Origin: Tubiluchus corallicola
Taxonomy: Eukaryota > Animalia > Priapulida
Assembly: GCA_030141605.1 (NCBI GenBank)
Contig: JAQGDQ010000962.1
Location: 11,774 to 75,773 of the forward strand
Length of the DNA stretch: 64,000 nt
Direction: 5' to 3'
Part shown: piece by piece, positions 51,101 through 64,000 of the stretch
Layout of the letters: each line of letters begins with the position of its first letter
Numbering within the stretch: position 1 is the first letter of the stretch
Translations under genes and position numbers: made by a program
Notes under the pieces: generated by a model
Database searches by the model: none
Told to the model about the DNA's origin: nothing
The model's input: the letters and a program-made list of their open reading frames with translations, nothing else

Positions 51101-54100
51101 TCTGATTACCTTTTGCTAATTAAAATAGCCAAAATACCATTTTGACATTATATCTTATTTGCCTAAAATTTTTGATTTGCTCATTTATATTGACTGCCTA
51201 TGTGTTATTGTTTTTCTAGGAACGATGCGTTCGTTGCGATTGTTTTTCAGTAACGATGAAAATACGCGCGGACAGTTAGTTATAGCAAGCCGTGAAAGTC
51301 AGTACAAGATACTTCACTTTCATCGTGGTGGCCTAGATTCTCTTGCTGCTATACTAGAGGATTGGAATTTCTTAGACAAAGACAAGACAAAGGTTCCTGT
51401 GTTTTTTTTGACATTTCTGTGAATACAAAATTCTCTTGTATAATGTCAGTATGTTATCTGAAAAATCGCTTTAAATCAACGTTTTTTTCACGTAGCTACG
51501 TTCACTTGTTATTTTTGTAAATTCTTCTCAACAACGTGTTTTTTTGTAAAACTTTGGAATGAAAAAAATAATGGCACGTCCAAAAAGTGGGTCTCACCTT
51601 AGAACCCTAGAGAAGAGGTGACTTGTGGAGAATGAACACTGGCAAAAAATCTTTGCCTGATGGTGATTCGAATACAAATAGAAACTTTGCAGTTAAAATT
51701 CTTGCAATGGGTTTTTCATCAATTAATGCTAAATTTTAAATTATTAATGAAGTACGAATTTACCTGAGTTGTTTTTGCATTTTAATATTTGAAACTTTCC
51801 AGTGGTTTTTTAAGTTTTAAAACTAACAGAAAGTAAAAATAAAGCTCTTTCACTTGAAGCATTCTAATTTATATAATATGTTTGTCAGTATTAAAATAAC
51901 TAGACAATAGCTGTAAAGTTAATAGTTAGACTTGTGTTCTTCTAACTTCATGGCAGCAACCAATTGTGTCGCCATCTATCATGCACTGGCACAAATGAAT
52001 GACCACAGACCTAATCCTACAGCCAGTGTGTCCTTCTCTTCCATTTAAGAGAGTTCATTTAATCAAACAATTTGATTATCCTAGCTCCAACTAGACTGAT
52101 TCCTACTTCGTGTTTGTCTATTATATAGTTCCTAAAATCATAGATATAACATTGGTACTAGTTATGACATCACATCCCTCCTTTCATTTAGAAAGTTATT
52201 ACACCATTGCATAAAACAGATTATATATATTTTCTGTACTGAGTCTTTAGATGTTAGTTCAGATCTATTGTAGTAACGGTAGAAATTTCTCTTGTTGTTT
52301 AATTTTAGGGTGCCAGCGGTGAGTCCATGTATACTCAGTTCTCAATCTGTCGTCCACACGTGGAACTGTCAGAGCGCCATCCAGAGGAGGGAGCGTTTAA
52401 CATCGTCACGGCAACCGTATGGCGTTCCTTCGTTAATGGAAATGAGCAGATTGAAGACGACCTTCAACTACGCAAAGTACAAGCTTTTATGGCATATTCA
52501 GGTGTAGAGACTTCTCTCTGAGAGTAAAGTTCTGTTGCAACTTCTCTCTCAGAGAAGTTGCCAAGCCGTTGACACGTTGCAGTTTTACTCTCTGAGAGAT
52601 GTTGCCAAGCCGTTGACACGTTGCAACTTTACTCTCTGAAAGAAGTTGCCAAGCCGTTGACACGTTGCAACTTTACTCTCTGAGAGAAGTTGCCAAGCCG
52701 TTGACACGTTGCAACTTTACTCTCTGAAAGAAGTTGCCAAGCCATTGACACGTTGCAACTTTAGTCTCTGAGAGAAGTTGCCAAGCCGTTGACACGTTGC
52801 AACTTTACTCTCCGAAAGAAGTTGCCAAGCCATTGACACGTTGCAACTTTAGTCTCTGAGAGAAGTTGCCAAGCTGTTGACACGTTGCAACTTTAGTCTC
52901 TGAAAGAAGTTGCCAAGCCATTGACACGTTGCAACTTTAGTCTCTGAGAGAAGTTGCCAAGCCGTTGACACGTTGCAACTTTACTCTCCGAAAGAAGTTG
53001 TGAGAGAAGTCTGTATGTCTGAATGCACCATTTAGTTTTTCTTTAGTTTTTTTTTTGTAAAATTTTAACTGTATTTAGCATACAAACTTGCAATTTATAC
53101 ATAAATAAGTGCTGTATAAACACATCAAAATTCTTTTAATAACTTTTTCTTTAAATTTCGTTTGTTTTTTCATAGGCTGTGTTTTTTGGTGGCTTGCATC
53201 CATCGATACGACGTGAGGCGTGGCCTTATTTACTCCACTATTACCCGTTCAAATCGACTAGAGAAGAACGTGAACAAATACGCAATGATATGTGTCTTGA
53301 ATATCATAACATACGCAAAAAACGGTGAGTCATGTTGCAAAGATCCAAAGTTTAACCTATTTTGTATTCTCCTGCCCGATAATTATTTTTAATTGTTTGA
53401 ATTGTTTTCACGAGTGAATGCTTGCTGTCATAGATAATGTAAAAATGGATTGAAGGGAGTTGCTTAAATTTACAATAATTTTGTCTGGTTTGTAAAAAAC
53501 ACTTTTAGTTTCTGTGCTTGTGAAATACCACTTAGGGCAGTTTATAGTGTTTTTGCTGTTTTGGAGTTTTTTGGCGCTATTTGCAGTAGTGTTGCTTCAT
53601 TTTGATATCTGAAGTCTTTCATAATTGATTTTCTCAGTAGACAAATTTAATCCAACTGACTAAACACAGTGCGTAACATTACACTTGTAAACTCTTTGTA
53701 GTCAATAGATTTTTTCTTCTTGTTGTTCCTTTGTTACTTTTTTCATTTTTATGTACTTCTGTCTGTGCAGAGAAAACATGACCCCGGATGAGAGAGAACA
53801 GTTTTGGCGTCAGATTCAACTCACCGTAGAGAAAGATGTTGTTCGTACTGACAGGGCAAAACCTTTCTTTCGGGGCGAGAATAATCCTAACATTGAGATA
53901 ATGCGGTTTGTATAACTAAGAATTGCTTGCTATTTAAAGGCTCGTAATGATTGACTAACACATAGTTGATTGGATTGTGATGAATTACTGCTCTTGCTAT
54001 TGTTGTTACTTTGTTGCTACTATTGTTGTTGCAGAAGTTTAAGTTTTTGACTCACTTGAAAGCTGGCCTCAATTTCAACGCAAATCTTCATATTAAAAAT

Positions 54101-54663
54101 CGGTCGTGGTGTTTCGAAGCATATGTTCAGTTTTAAGTATGATTTTTTTTTCACTTTAGGAATATTTTACTCACCTATGCAGTGTATAATCCAGTGATAG
54201 GCTACACGCAGGGTATGTCTGATCTCTTAGCTCCTGTACTTACGGCTGTGAGGAATGAAGTTGATACATTTTGGTGCTTTGTTGGCTTGATGCAAGGCAC
54301 CATTTTTGTCAGCTCACCAAAAGATACTGATATGGATAAAAATTTGGTAAGCATCATTTATTGTTGTAATGATTATATAGCCTAAGTATAAAAATGCATT
54401 TTATCGTGTTGTTCTAGTAGTTGTTGTTGTTGTCGTTGTCATCCTCATCATCGCCGTCGGTGCCACTGCTTCCGTGGCTGTGGCTGGTGTTTGTTGTTGT
54501 TGTTGTCGTTGCTGCTACTGCTGCAGCTGTGGCTGTTGTTTGTTGTTGCTGCTACTGCTGTTGTTGTTGTAGTAGTAGTTGTTGTTGTTGCTGTTGTTAT
54601 TGCTGTTGCTGTTGTTGTTGTTACTGCTGCTGCTGCTACTGCTGTTGTTGTTGTAGTAGTTGT

Positions 54664-54695
<32 letters not shown>

Positions 54696-57684
54696 TAGTA
54701 GTTGTTATTGTTGCTGTTGCTGTTGTTGTTGCTACTGCTGCTGCAACGGCTGTTGTTGTAGTAGTAGTTGTTGTTGTTGCTGTTGTTATTGTTAATGCTG
54801 CTGCTACTGCTGTTGTTGTTGTAGTTGTTGCTGTTGTTGCTGCTGCTGCTACTGCTGTTGTTGTTGAAGTAGTAGTTGTTGTTGTTGTAGTAGTTGTTCT
54901 TGTTGCAGTTGTTGCTGTTGCTGTTGTTGTTACTGTTGTTGCTGCTGCTGCTGCCGTTGTCATCATGGTGATGATGCAGGCCGTCCTGCTCTGAACAGTT
55001 TGCACGATGCTAATATTGTCTGTTGTTTATTTCAGAATTACCTTAGAGAACTGTTGCGGGTATTACTGCCAAAATTTTACACTTACTTACGTTGTCAGAA
55101 GAATGGCCTGGAACTGCTGTTCTGTCATCGGTGGCTGCTGCTTTGCTTTAAGAGAGAATTTCAGGAGGTATTAAGAGTTTTCAAAGCAGAGAAATTGTAA
55201 AGTAACACTTTGACCATTTGTACAATTATGAATAGTGCCTTTGTAAATTTCGCACGTTTTTGCTTGTCATGTGTAAAACATTTAGTAGCAAAAACAATTG
55301 TTGCAGTAGTTTTGATTTTATTATAACTGCTAGCTGGGTAAGCTGACCAGCCTCTTAATTTTTAGTTCACATAAGTGCAAACTTGGTTTTTAAACTTCAA
55401 GCTTGGCCTTTGGCACCCTCTACAGGGACTTGCATGAACTAAAACAAATGACTAGATGTTTAGACAATGCTGACAGTTTTACTCAAATTTCAGTTCACAT
55501 GCATCCCCCCCCCAGGTTTGTATGCAAGTTTGCAAATCAGCTGGCTTCCTAAACATGTAGAAGTGTTTACATGTGTATGTAATGCATGATGTGTGATCTG
55601 TAATGTGTGTACAACAGTTTGTATTTAAACATGTAGAAGTGTTTCCATGTGTATGTAATGTGTAATGCATGATGTGTGACCTGTATTCATGCAAATGTGA
55701 TCACTATCGTCCGAATACGCATCACGCAGAATAAACACAGATGGGAAACTGCCCGTTGCCTAGGTGATTATAGTGAGTTTTCAAGTTTCTGGTGACTACT
55801 TTCGCTGTTTAGCTTTCTGATAATTCTAGTTAGGTGAGTTTTGGTCACTTTGGGACCTGTAAACAATAATTTTTTTCCTATTGGAGTTTTTGAGAGGTGG
55901 AAGAAGCATCTAGTTATGTGATGTGCATCTAACAGCAGTTTTTTCACTTACTGATGATACGTGCCGTATTGTTTTCCCCTCTGTAAAATGTTGTGCACCC
56001 AAAACCTGTGCTATCTTTTGAAGTTTTTCGTTGTATAGTACAATAATAAGCTAATGCTGCAGCTATAGTTAACATGGTTAAATTTCGACAGAGCATGGTT
56101 TCCAAAAATTATTGCTTGCTATTTTCACAAATAGCAACCAAAAAGCTTTGTTAAAAAGCTCCCAAAAAACTCACAAATGGATCTCATGGAATTTGCTTCA
56201 GAATTTTCTTTCAAAAGACAAAAGGATCGAAATGAGCCGTAAACGAGGCCACCCACCATCTGCTGAAGAGTCAGACGAGGATAATGTGCAACCTAAGCAC
56301 TACAATATCCAATCACCATGTATGAAGCTAGAAAGCCAGAAAGATCAGGTTGGACACTTTCCAAAAATGGCGAATAAGAATCAAGGCACAGATGCAAGTG
56401 TATAAAATACAACTTGTTCTTATGCTTGCAATAAGGTCGTCACTGCTTCTTGAGGTTCCGCATGTAAATTCCATGTTGAGATTCCACATAAGTCAGAATT
56501 TTGTAATAAAATTCCAGGAGTTTATTGAATCTATTGAATAAACTTCAGATTTCCAAATATACAGCATTTGCTTTTTATCATGTTTAGCAACCATTGAATC
56601 CCAATGTATCCCGTGGCATACAGGCTATATTTAGCACACGGGCACAGGTAGAAAAAAATAATTATTATGGGTAAACAAGATGGACATACTGAACAAAAGT
56701 ACCAAGTCAAAAAATTTTTCTTATTAAAAATAATTTGGGACTGAAAGGGTTAATACGCGTAATGTTTATGGACACATGGAAACAGTCAATATGCATTACG
56801 CATCACAGATCTACATCACAGATTTATGCATTACGTGCACATAGAGTCCTAGCTTAAGAGTTATGAAATTATTCTTTTGACAGGATGATGCACTAAGAAT
56901 GTGGGAAGCTTGCTGGGCGAACTATCAGACCGATTATTTTCATTTATTCATCTGTGCAGCTATAATAGCCGTGTACGGAAAGAATATCATTGAACAAAGT
57001 ATGCCGGCTGATGAAACGATGCAATACTTCAGCAGCTTAGCCATGCATATGCGAGGTGATTTAGTCTTACAGAAGGTAAGTTGAAATTTCCAGTGATGCA
57101 GTTTATTATCCGATAAAAAAGTTGTTGGTAAAAACTGTAGGAAGCTTCTTATGTTGAACAGAATAATATCTCAAGCAGAGTAAACTCAAAACAGAATGCC
57201 CAAGTGGAAAGAGAAGAAGCAAGAACGGGTAGGTTAAAGAGAGAAAAGGGTGGGGAAGAAAGAGGACAGGGAAAAGGAGACAGTATCTGTTAGAAAAAAT
57301 GGGATTATAGGGAGAAAAAGGAAGGTGTGTCTTTGAGTATGTATTCCATGAATTGAAATGTCTTGTGATTTGGTTTTTAGCTGTCTGAGTTTTTCTAATA
57401 GAAATTTGAAGTTCAAAGGTTTCCGCTAATGTAGTCTTGCATTCAAATTGTCTCCTACTTCTAACTTATTTCACTTGTGCTATTATTAGGCACGAGGCTT
57501 GCTATTCCAGTATCGTCAACTTCCATCAATTCCTTGTACTTTGCATGGATTGTGCGATTTGTGCGGACCGGGAATGTGGGACAGCGGACATGTCCCCGTC
57601 ATCGAGTGCACTATGTCCCACGGTGATTTAGGATGTTGTCCCCACGGAGGTATTCCACCAGCTCAAGTTGATAAGGCATCGTAG
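42147..57684 (+). CDS. TBC1D16: TBC1 domain family member 16 (Rab GAP); exons 42147-42338, 43825-43981, 50202-50906, 51220-51392, 52309-52476, 53176-53324, 53771-53905, 54160-54346, 55036-55167, 56884-57075, 57490-57684
   Basis: LDGEIIYSKNHVCVHPP, TLILTWIPN, MRSLRLFFS...GQLVIASRESQYKILHFH, VEKDVVRTDR (R finger), GYTQGMSDL (Q finger), LFCHRWLLLCFKREF, WEACWANYQTDYFHLF, CGPGMWDSGHVP. All introns GT-AG with consistent phases; ~795 aa. Confidence 0.93.
42585..43731. mobile_element. Tc1/mariner-type non-autonomous element hosting a nested MITE
   Basis: CAGTAAACTCCGCATAACTCAAAT ... ATTTGAGTTACCCAGAATTGACTG termini; repeated TTGAGTTAGGCGA motif inside. Confidence 0.65.
43160..43568. mobile_element. 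Pogo/Tigger-like MITE (nested)
   Basis: TA|CAGTGTTCCCTCGCT ... GTGAGGGAACACTG|TA. Confidence 0.85.
44286..44770. mobile_element. Tc1/mariner-type MITE with TCGGCTTATAT subterminal repeats
   Basis: TA|CCGTATATACTCGCATATAAGCCGA start and several inverted GGCTTATAT copies; right end eroded. Confidence 0.65.
47762..48263. mobile_element. Non-autonomous hAT element with 8-bp TSD
   Basis: GTTTATTG|CAGGGGTGTGCAAATT ... AATTTGCACACCCCTG|GTTTATTG; GCGGGCC-type subterminal motifs. Confidence 0.92.
48678..49244. mobile_element. Kolobok-like family B copy
   Basis: TTAA|AGCACAAGAAAAG ... CTTTTCTTGTCCT; body colinear with 35822-36489. Confidence 0.7.
52491..53029. repeat. 44-bp tandem array (~11 copies) inside imperfect inverted termini (MITE-like)
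   Basis: Unit CTCTGAGAGAAGTTGCCAAGCCGTTGACACGTTGCAACTTTACT; ends GGCATATTCAGGTGTAGAGACTTCTC and GAGAAGTCTGTATGTCTGAATGCACC. Confidence 0.85.
54415..54975. repeat. Compound (GTT/GCT/GTA)n trinucleotide microsatellite in a TBC1D16 intron
   Basis: Directly visible. Confidence 0.97.
55900..56753 (+). mobile_element. piggyBac-like element remnant (decayed transposase C-terminus and right end)
   Basis: RKRGHP...KDQVGHFP followed by Cys-rich remnants (RCKC, CSYACNK, HCFLRF); ends AAAGGG|TTAA at ~56750. Left boundary uncertain. Confidence 0.55.
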
Positions 57685-58245
57685 ATGTGTCGGTTTTTGT
57701 TGTTGTTGTTTGTTTAGTTTTGTTTCATAGAACTGTTTAGATGTGTTTAGTGCATGCAACTGTAAGCTTGCTATTACATTGCTTGTTGAATCTCAATGTT
57801 AAATTTTTTCAGTAAATTTTCCAGTATATGGTAACATAGTGTAAATCATTAAGGTTTATCTTTGCCTTAAGTGTATCCAAGGTTTGCCTTTATTGCATTT
57901 CTGTAGACAAATCTTATGTCACGCAGACCGGATGTTTTTCGTACGCTTGCTGGAAAATTTTCATTTCTCAAATTCTTTGACTGTTGCAAATAAGCATAAC
58001 TTTGAAATGTTTTCCCTGTAAACAGTGTCACTCAAATGAAACAAGAATGGTAGAGAGGTTTTTCAAATAGATGTGCTACTGTTGCTGTAACGTAATAATG
58101 GCTGCCAAGAAATGATTGCCTCCACCTGTACAGAAGAAATTACAAATAAAAATTGGAAACCAACAAGACCGTGAAAGAGAGCATTTAGTTTTGAGTAAAG
58201 AACACTGATCTCAATATCTAGTACTACCGTTCTTCGTAGTTCTCC

Positions 58246-58963
58246 GGCCCATTTCACAGTGAGAACATGCAGCAAAATCACTCGAGGAGAAATTCCTTGC
58301 GTAATTCCTCACGAAAATGGAACACATGTTTTCTATGGTGCACTTCACAGTGAGGTCACGCGGGAAAATTTCTTATGCAGTTTCTCGTGAGCAATTCTGC
58401 CGGTAGCTAGAAGCTATGCATCCTCCTCGTGAGGAATTTTACCACATGGCAGAAATACTGGATGTTCCATTTTCGTGAGGAATCCTCGCGGAATTGAGTT
58501 TTAAGTTTAACTACTCAATTACCTCTTTCTTATTTAATGAACAACAGTTAACACATTTCAGCACAAAATTATAAGATTCAGTCTCTCTTTTAACAGACTG
58601 ACGATTTTACGCTTTATTAATGCAACATTGATGGCTATATTTGTGAAAAAGAAAAATAACGCACGCATATATTTATTTTGTATATGTACTTTTTCAGATT
58701 TAGTAGAACTTCACTAAAAAAATAAACAGGTCTGACATTGCATTGACATTATTAATTGTACTTTGTATATGAGAAATACGGCAATTGTAACTTAATTTAA
58801 ACAAGATTATGGAGCAAACCGGACACGCGCGATTTCATTGTGAAATGAACTGTCTTGCTGCATGGCATTTCCAAAAAAATCGGAAATTATCAAAAAACCT
58901 TCTGATTTTCTGACAGCAATTCTGCGCGCTATTTTTCCTTGCCTCCTCTCTGTGAAGTGGGCC
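58246..58963. mobile_element. PIF/Harbinger-like non-autonomous element
   Basis: GGCCCATTTCACAG ... CTGTGAAGTGGGCC termini; internal ~20-bp inverted repeat TTCCTCACGAAAATGGAACA / TGTTCCATTTTCGTGAGGAA. Confidence 0.65.
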
Positions 58964-59157
58964 TAAAGGCTATCAAGGAAAGGCGTACGATTCGTGTTGG
59001 CTTCTCAATGGGGATGGTGCCGTGACTCATTCTTCTTCTTTCACTCATTTTTCATTTCTTTCAATAAGAAGCGAAAAGAGTTTAAAAATATATATATTAA
59101 AAACACGCTTGTTTTACGTTGGGTGTTTTTATTCACTCGTGTACTGAAAATCCTTAA

Positions 59158-59650
59158 GGCACAGGAAAACTCTTTATATATATATAAAGCTAAAGAATTC
59201 ATCTTGATGTATCACCTACATACTGCCGTATGGCGCACAGAGCTTGCATTAGCAGTAACGCTGTATAAAACATGGAAATTTAAACTCCTGCGATGACCAT
59301 TAGGCGCAGCTGTTTTAACGATAACTCGTTTGAAATAAGTTTAGATAACTTTGCATAAAGTTTGAAAAAATAATCAAGGTGTCCGTAGCGCACTCTTCAA
59401 TAACTAAGAAAAGGTATAAATTGCTGTATCTTGTCAATAAGATTAAAAAAATTTTCTCTGTGACTCAGTAGTGCACACTGAGAAGATGAGGTAGCGACAT
59501 TTTACAAGTAGGCGCAAACATTTTAAATTGCTATGAATTTTCTTTCCTGGTTGCAAAGTCTTTTGAACAAGTAAGCGTAATGCTAAGTAATATAACTTTG
59601 TAAAGTAGGTATTTTAAGACATACTTAAAAATTGCCTTTTCTTTCCATTT
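59158..59650. mobile_element. Kolobok-like family B, diverged copy
   Basis: TTAA|GGCACAGGAAAA start; GCAGTAACGCTGTATAAAAC and GTATCTTGTCAATAAGATT blocks shared with 35822-36489. Confidence 0.6.
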
Positions 59651-62499
59651 AACCGAAACTGACATGTGAATGACGCGCCTGTGAAGTAAAACAACTATTT
59701 AAATTAAGTTTTCAGCACGAAGTTTCTTGCAAAGTAAATATTTGCATATTATGTGTTCTTGCTCTATCTGTTTATTTTTATATGTAAAGACAGTGCGAAT
59801 ATAGACTATATGCTACTAAATTTTATATTTGCATTAATTATTTTTGCAAAAGAAAGTTGATCTCGGTCTGTTCTACTTCTGTGAGTTCTTTGAATGCATA
59901 CATATGCAAAGTGGAAAAGTAGATAGTTTGGTAGTATGATTCATTTTCATTTATAGCATTTATGTGTGTTTGCGAATTGTCTTATACCAGTTTCCTGTTT
60001 TTACGTAAGACTACATATACAAGAGTTAAAAGTGTAATTAGTCTCTACACTTGAGTGTAGAGTTGAAGTTATTATTTAACTTAACCTCTGGGAGTGTGCA
60101 TTTTTTTCTAGTTAAGAATGCCAAAGATTTTAACATGATTCATTAATTAAACGATAATGGATTGTGTATTCTTGTGAATATTTCTTTGTCTACGCCATTT
60201 TGCTTCATGTTTGATCATATTTTTGGCCTTTTTGTGTGTGAAACTTTATTTATTTTTTGCTATTTAATTATTTACATTCCTATAGTACGTATTCCACACT
60301 CAAAACATTACGCAATGTAGTATTACCAGTTGTAGGTTTTTGCTCTTGTATTTGAAAATTGCTGTGATTATAATGTATTATAATGATCCATACTTTTATC
60401 ATATAATATATTATAATTACAAATATTTTCAAAACACAAAGAACAAGCTGGAAGAATGAGAAGTTGTGTATAAATATATATACTTTTTGATCATCTCCTG
60501 TATCCTGAGTAACCTTCTACGTTATCTCGTACAGTTTTTGCTAGTTTGTAGTATTCAGTCACTTTATACCCATTTATTATTATTTACAATGTCTGTTTAT
60601 TCATTTTTACAGCAATTTATTTTATTTCATTAATACACGCAAAATTTCTCAGTCATGGTTAATTATACTTCGTTTTAGAGTCTCTAATTTATTGTTATTT
60701 TCAATGTCATTCATTCTTACTTCGCATTTAGAAATTTCCCTCGCACTCTATTATTCATCACATTATAATGACGACGGCGGTCTGTGGTTAGTATACAAGC
60801 AATAACTTTTCTTCTATCATGCACATTGTTTATCAATAGCTGTTTAGCAATTGTCTAATTATTGTTTAACAATAGTTTTAGAATTTTGTGTCGGCATAAA
60901 AAGTAAACTAGTTTCTTGTGCTAACGCTGTAGTGATAAATTCATAGTTACTTATGAACTTTAGGACAATAGTGTGAATAGTATGTTTGATAAAGGAGGAC
61001 ATTATACTCCAAAAGCCTTATTTCAAGTATAATACAAATGCGCTACAAAAAATATAACAGTGTATTCAATGGTGTTAAGTTTGGGTTATGCAAGCCAAAG
61101 GTGTTTTCAGTATTTTGTTCTATGTTTATTTTGTTAACTTTGATGCATTTCACCTATTTGTCTTTCAGATGTGTACCAACCTAATTTCATAGTTTTCAAT
61201 TCACAGATCTGAAACCATGCTAGCAGGTTATTTTTGTTAATCTTACAAAAGCTGCTAGATACTTGTTATTCATCGATAATTGTTGAATCTAGTTTATTAG
61301 TCATTTATTGTCGTTTTTTTTGTCTGTTTTCAAACATTCCATTCAAGGCAAATATTATGCTTTATGCTTTATTAAATGTACTAGCATCAAATATTGCAAT
61401 ACTTATTAGAGCAATTGATTTCCTTTCGCGATTTAACTGTATGGATTGCTGTTCGCTCATTGACTCATACTTGTATTATAAGTTTATTGTAACTTTATTT
61501 TTCTTGTTACAGAGTTAAAAATAGTGTTAATATTTATTTATTTATTATTAATAATAAAACACTAAAACTGCAGCAAAAAAACAAAACGTTTGTGTTCTGA
61601 GAATGTTTATTGTGCTCAAGGAACAAGAATGGCTGTAACAATTCTCGATACAATGATATTAATATAATTGTCAACTGCATAATTATTACTAGAATAACTA
61701 AGGCATTATAATCAGACTCTACACAGAATTTTATGGGAACAGTACTATGGAAAAATACGGAAAGCAGTAGGAGGGGGACCAACATATTTTCATAAACATG
61801 AACATTAGTACTTTCACTGAAAGTACATAGGTTATCACTAGTGTTCAGTAACTAAATGGAGTAGGCACCAGCATCAGTGTGGTCATTTTGTCATGCAAAA
61901 GGCAGAAGGAATCTGAGAAGAGCATAGGCACTGAAAACAATAGAACTGTTAATTGCAGTGAGATGAAGAGAACTGCAGTGAAACTAGGAGTTCATGCAAT
62001 TCAAACTTCTAAAACGTAAAATCGGAAAGTGTGAATGGAATTTACCAGTGAGAAGAAAGTGAAGAAAGGTGCCACCGTGGGTTTTAAGTGAGTGAACGAG
62101 TAAATTAGGACGCAAGAACGAAGGAAAGTTGCACTGCACTACACAAAACTAAGCTTTCATAAGAATTGTAAGTGTGAGTCAGAGATCAAAGAAAATGAAC
62201 GTTTTCAGTAAATCCGACTGCTGTGAGAATTGGAGATCATAGACAAAATGGGGCTCTTCAGGGATAACATGTAACGCGATGGTGTTCAGTGAATCAGACA
62301 GTGAAGAAGGGAGTCATTGATCATATGCACCAACCAGAATTTTCAGTGAGTCACGGCTAGGCAGAAGAATTGAGAATTGTGCACAAAATGAGGGTTTTCG
62401 GGAATGATACATAAGATGAGGATTTTCAGTCAACCAGACTGCTCTGAGGAATCAGGAATTATTCACCAAACAAGGATTGCCGGTGAATCACTGCTAGGA

Positions 62500-63235
62500 G
62501 AGAGAATCGGGAATCATGCACAAAACAATGGGTTCAGTGAATCAGTCCACTATGAGGAAGAATCAGGAACCACGCACAAAACAATGGGTTCAATAAATCA
62601 GTCCACTATGAGGAATCAGGAATCATGCACAAAACAATGGGTTCAGTGAATCAGTCCACTATGAGGAGGAATCATGCACAAAACAATGGGTTCAATGAAT
62701 CAGTCCACTATGAGGAATCAGGAATCATGCACAAAACAATGGGTTCAGTGAATCAGTCCACTATGAGGAGGAATCAGGAATCACATACAAAACAATGGGT
62801 TCAGTGAATCAGTCCACTATGAGGAGGAATCAGGAATCATGCACAAAACAATATGTTCAATGAATCAGTACATTATGAGGAGGAATCAGGAATCATGCAC
62901 AAAACAATGGGTTCAGTGAATCAGTCCACTATGAGGAGGAATCAGGAATCACGTACAAAACAATAGATTCAATGAATCAGTCTACTATGAGGAGGAATCA
63001 GGAATTATGTACAAAACAATAGGTTCAATAAATCAGTCCACTATGAGGAGGAATCATGCACAAAACAATAGGTTCAATGAATCAGTCCACTATGAGGAGG
63101 AATCAGGAATTATGTACAAAACAATAGGTTCAATGAATCAGTCCACTATGAGGAGGAATCAAGAATTATGTACAAAACAATGGGTTCAGCGAATCCGTTC
63201 TCTACGATGAAGAATCAGGAATCATGCACAAAACG
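62500..63235. repeat. Minisatellite with 56/53/49-bp unit variants, ~13 copies
   Basis: GAATCATGCACAAAACAATGGGTTCAGTGAATCAGTCCACTATGAGGA repeated; degenerate copies extend left to ~62160. Confidence 0.95.
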
Positions 63236-64000
63236 AAGTTTCCAGCAACCAACTTAAAACGGGAGCGTTATGTGAACAAGGGATGGAATAAAGGAAGCGG
63301 ACAAGGATTGCATGCTTCTTTAAGCATACACACAAGGGAAGGATGAGCACTTTACTAAATGCTACAAAACATGTTAGCATGTACAGGACAGACATGTTCG
63401 AGTCAATTTAGATTAAACATTACAGAACTATTTTCCATATTTTTAACCTTACAAACACAGCAAACTTGCAAGCCAACTAGGTTACGCAAAATAAATGAAC
63501 TATTATTAATAAGCAAGTACAACAAACCCACTAAGAAGCCAACTGGCTAGTTACAAAATAACAAAAGTACGCATAATTAATTAATCAATTATTAAAGGTT
63601 AAGAATCTAATCATTTACACAGATGGCATAATCAATTGACCAAATTGACACAATGAGCTTCACCGAGAAAGACTAAGAACAACAAGGCTTTTTTTATTTT
63701 AAACTGAAGGCAGCATTCCTGCAACTAGTAACTTATACAATGACTTTACAATAAATGCAATAACATATTGCCGTGCATTCGTCAATCTAATGATCATAAA
63801 TACATAATATCAGAAAATCCTAGCAACGCATAAATTGTCCACCGATACTAGAACATGTTTACAAGCATTACGCAATTATTTCAGTTTTGCTTGTTCCACA
63901 TAGTCAAATGAATAGGATATAAATAAAAAAACATTGCGCTTAAATTTATCTAACAAAAAACTATACCAACTGGAACAACTAATCATGTTAATGATGATCA

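Noticed and set aside
52510-53010. CRISPR-like regular array with palindromic repeats
   Set aside because: Units are contiguous with no unique spacers, there are no cas genes, and it lies in a eukaryotic intron.
54421-55005. Poly-Cys, poly-Val and poly-Thr ORFs
   Set aside because: Translations of an intronic trinucleotide microsatellite between two well-supported TBC1D16 exons.
59014-59027. TGGTGCCGTGACTC, a tRNA-His PBS-like 14-mer
   Set aside because: No LTR or gag next to it; isolated match.
62404-63210. Repetitive ORFs (NQSTMRRN...)
   Set aside because: Minisatellite translations; unit lengths are not multiples of three.

Overview
AT-rich, intron-containing metazoan (invertebrate-like) genomic DNA; the species cannot be determined from the sequence. 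1-10709: a frameshifted Ty3/Gypsy LTR retrotransposon on the minus strand. It has long (~1.4 kb) LTRs with AGTT...AACT rather than TG...CA ends, a truncated 5' LTR, a ~0.9 kb foreign insert inside the RNase H catalytic motif, and a second PPT copy in a hairpin loop. 10707-20887: a ~2.2 kb duplicated block brackets a three-coding-exon secreted C-type lectin gene (+); the second copy carries a solo LTR. 23555-35468: eight coding exons of an SCLT1-like coiled-coil gene (-) whose C-terminal exons were not found, so the lectin and the Gypsy element appear to sit in one very large SCLT1 intron. 42147-57684: an apparently complete 11-coding-exon TBC1D16 Rab-GAP gene (+), divergent from SCLT1. Introns are full of non-autonomous DNA transposons (Kolobok-, Tc1/mariner-, hAT-, Harbinger- and piggyBac-like), LINE fragments, and mini/microsatellites. 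Exon models and element boundaries were read by eye, and family assignments come from remembered motifs, not searches. I found no demonstrably new biological system; the Gypsy oddities and the nested, duplicated lectin locus are the best leads.
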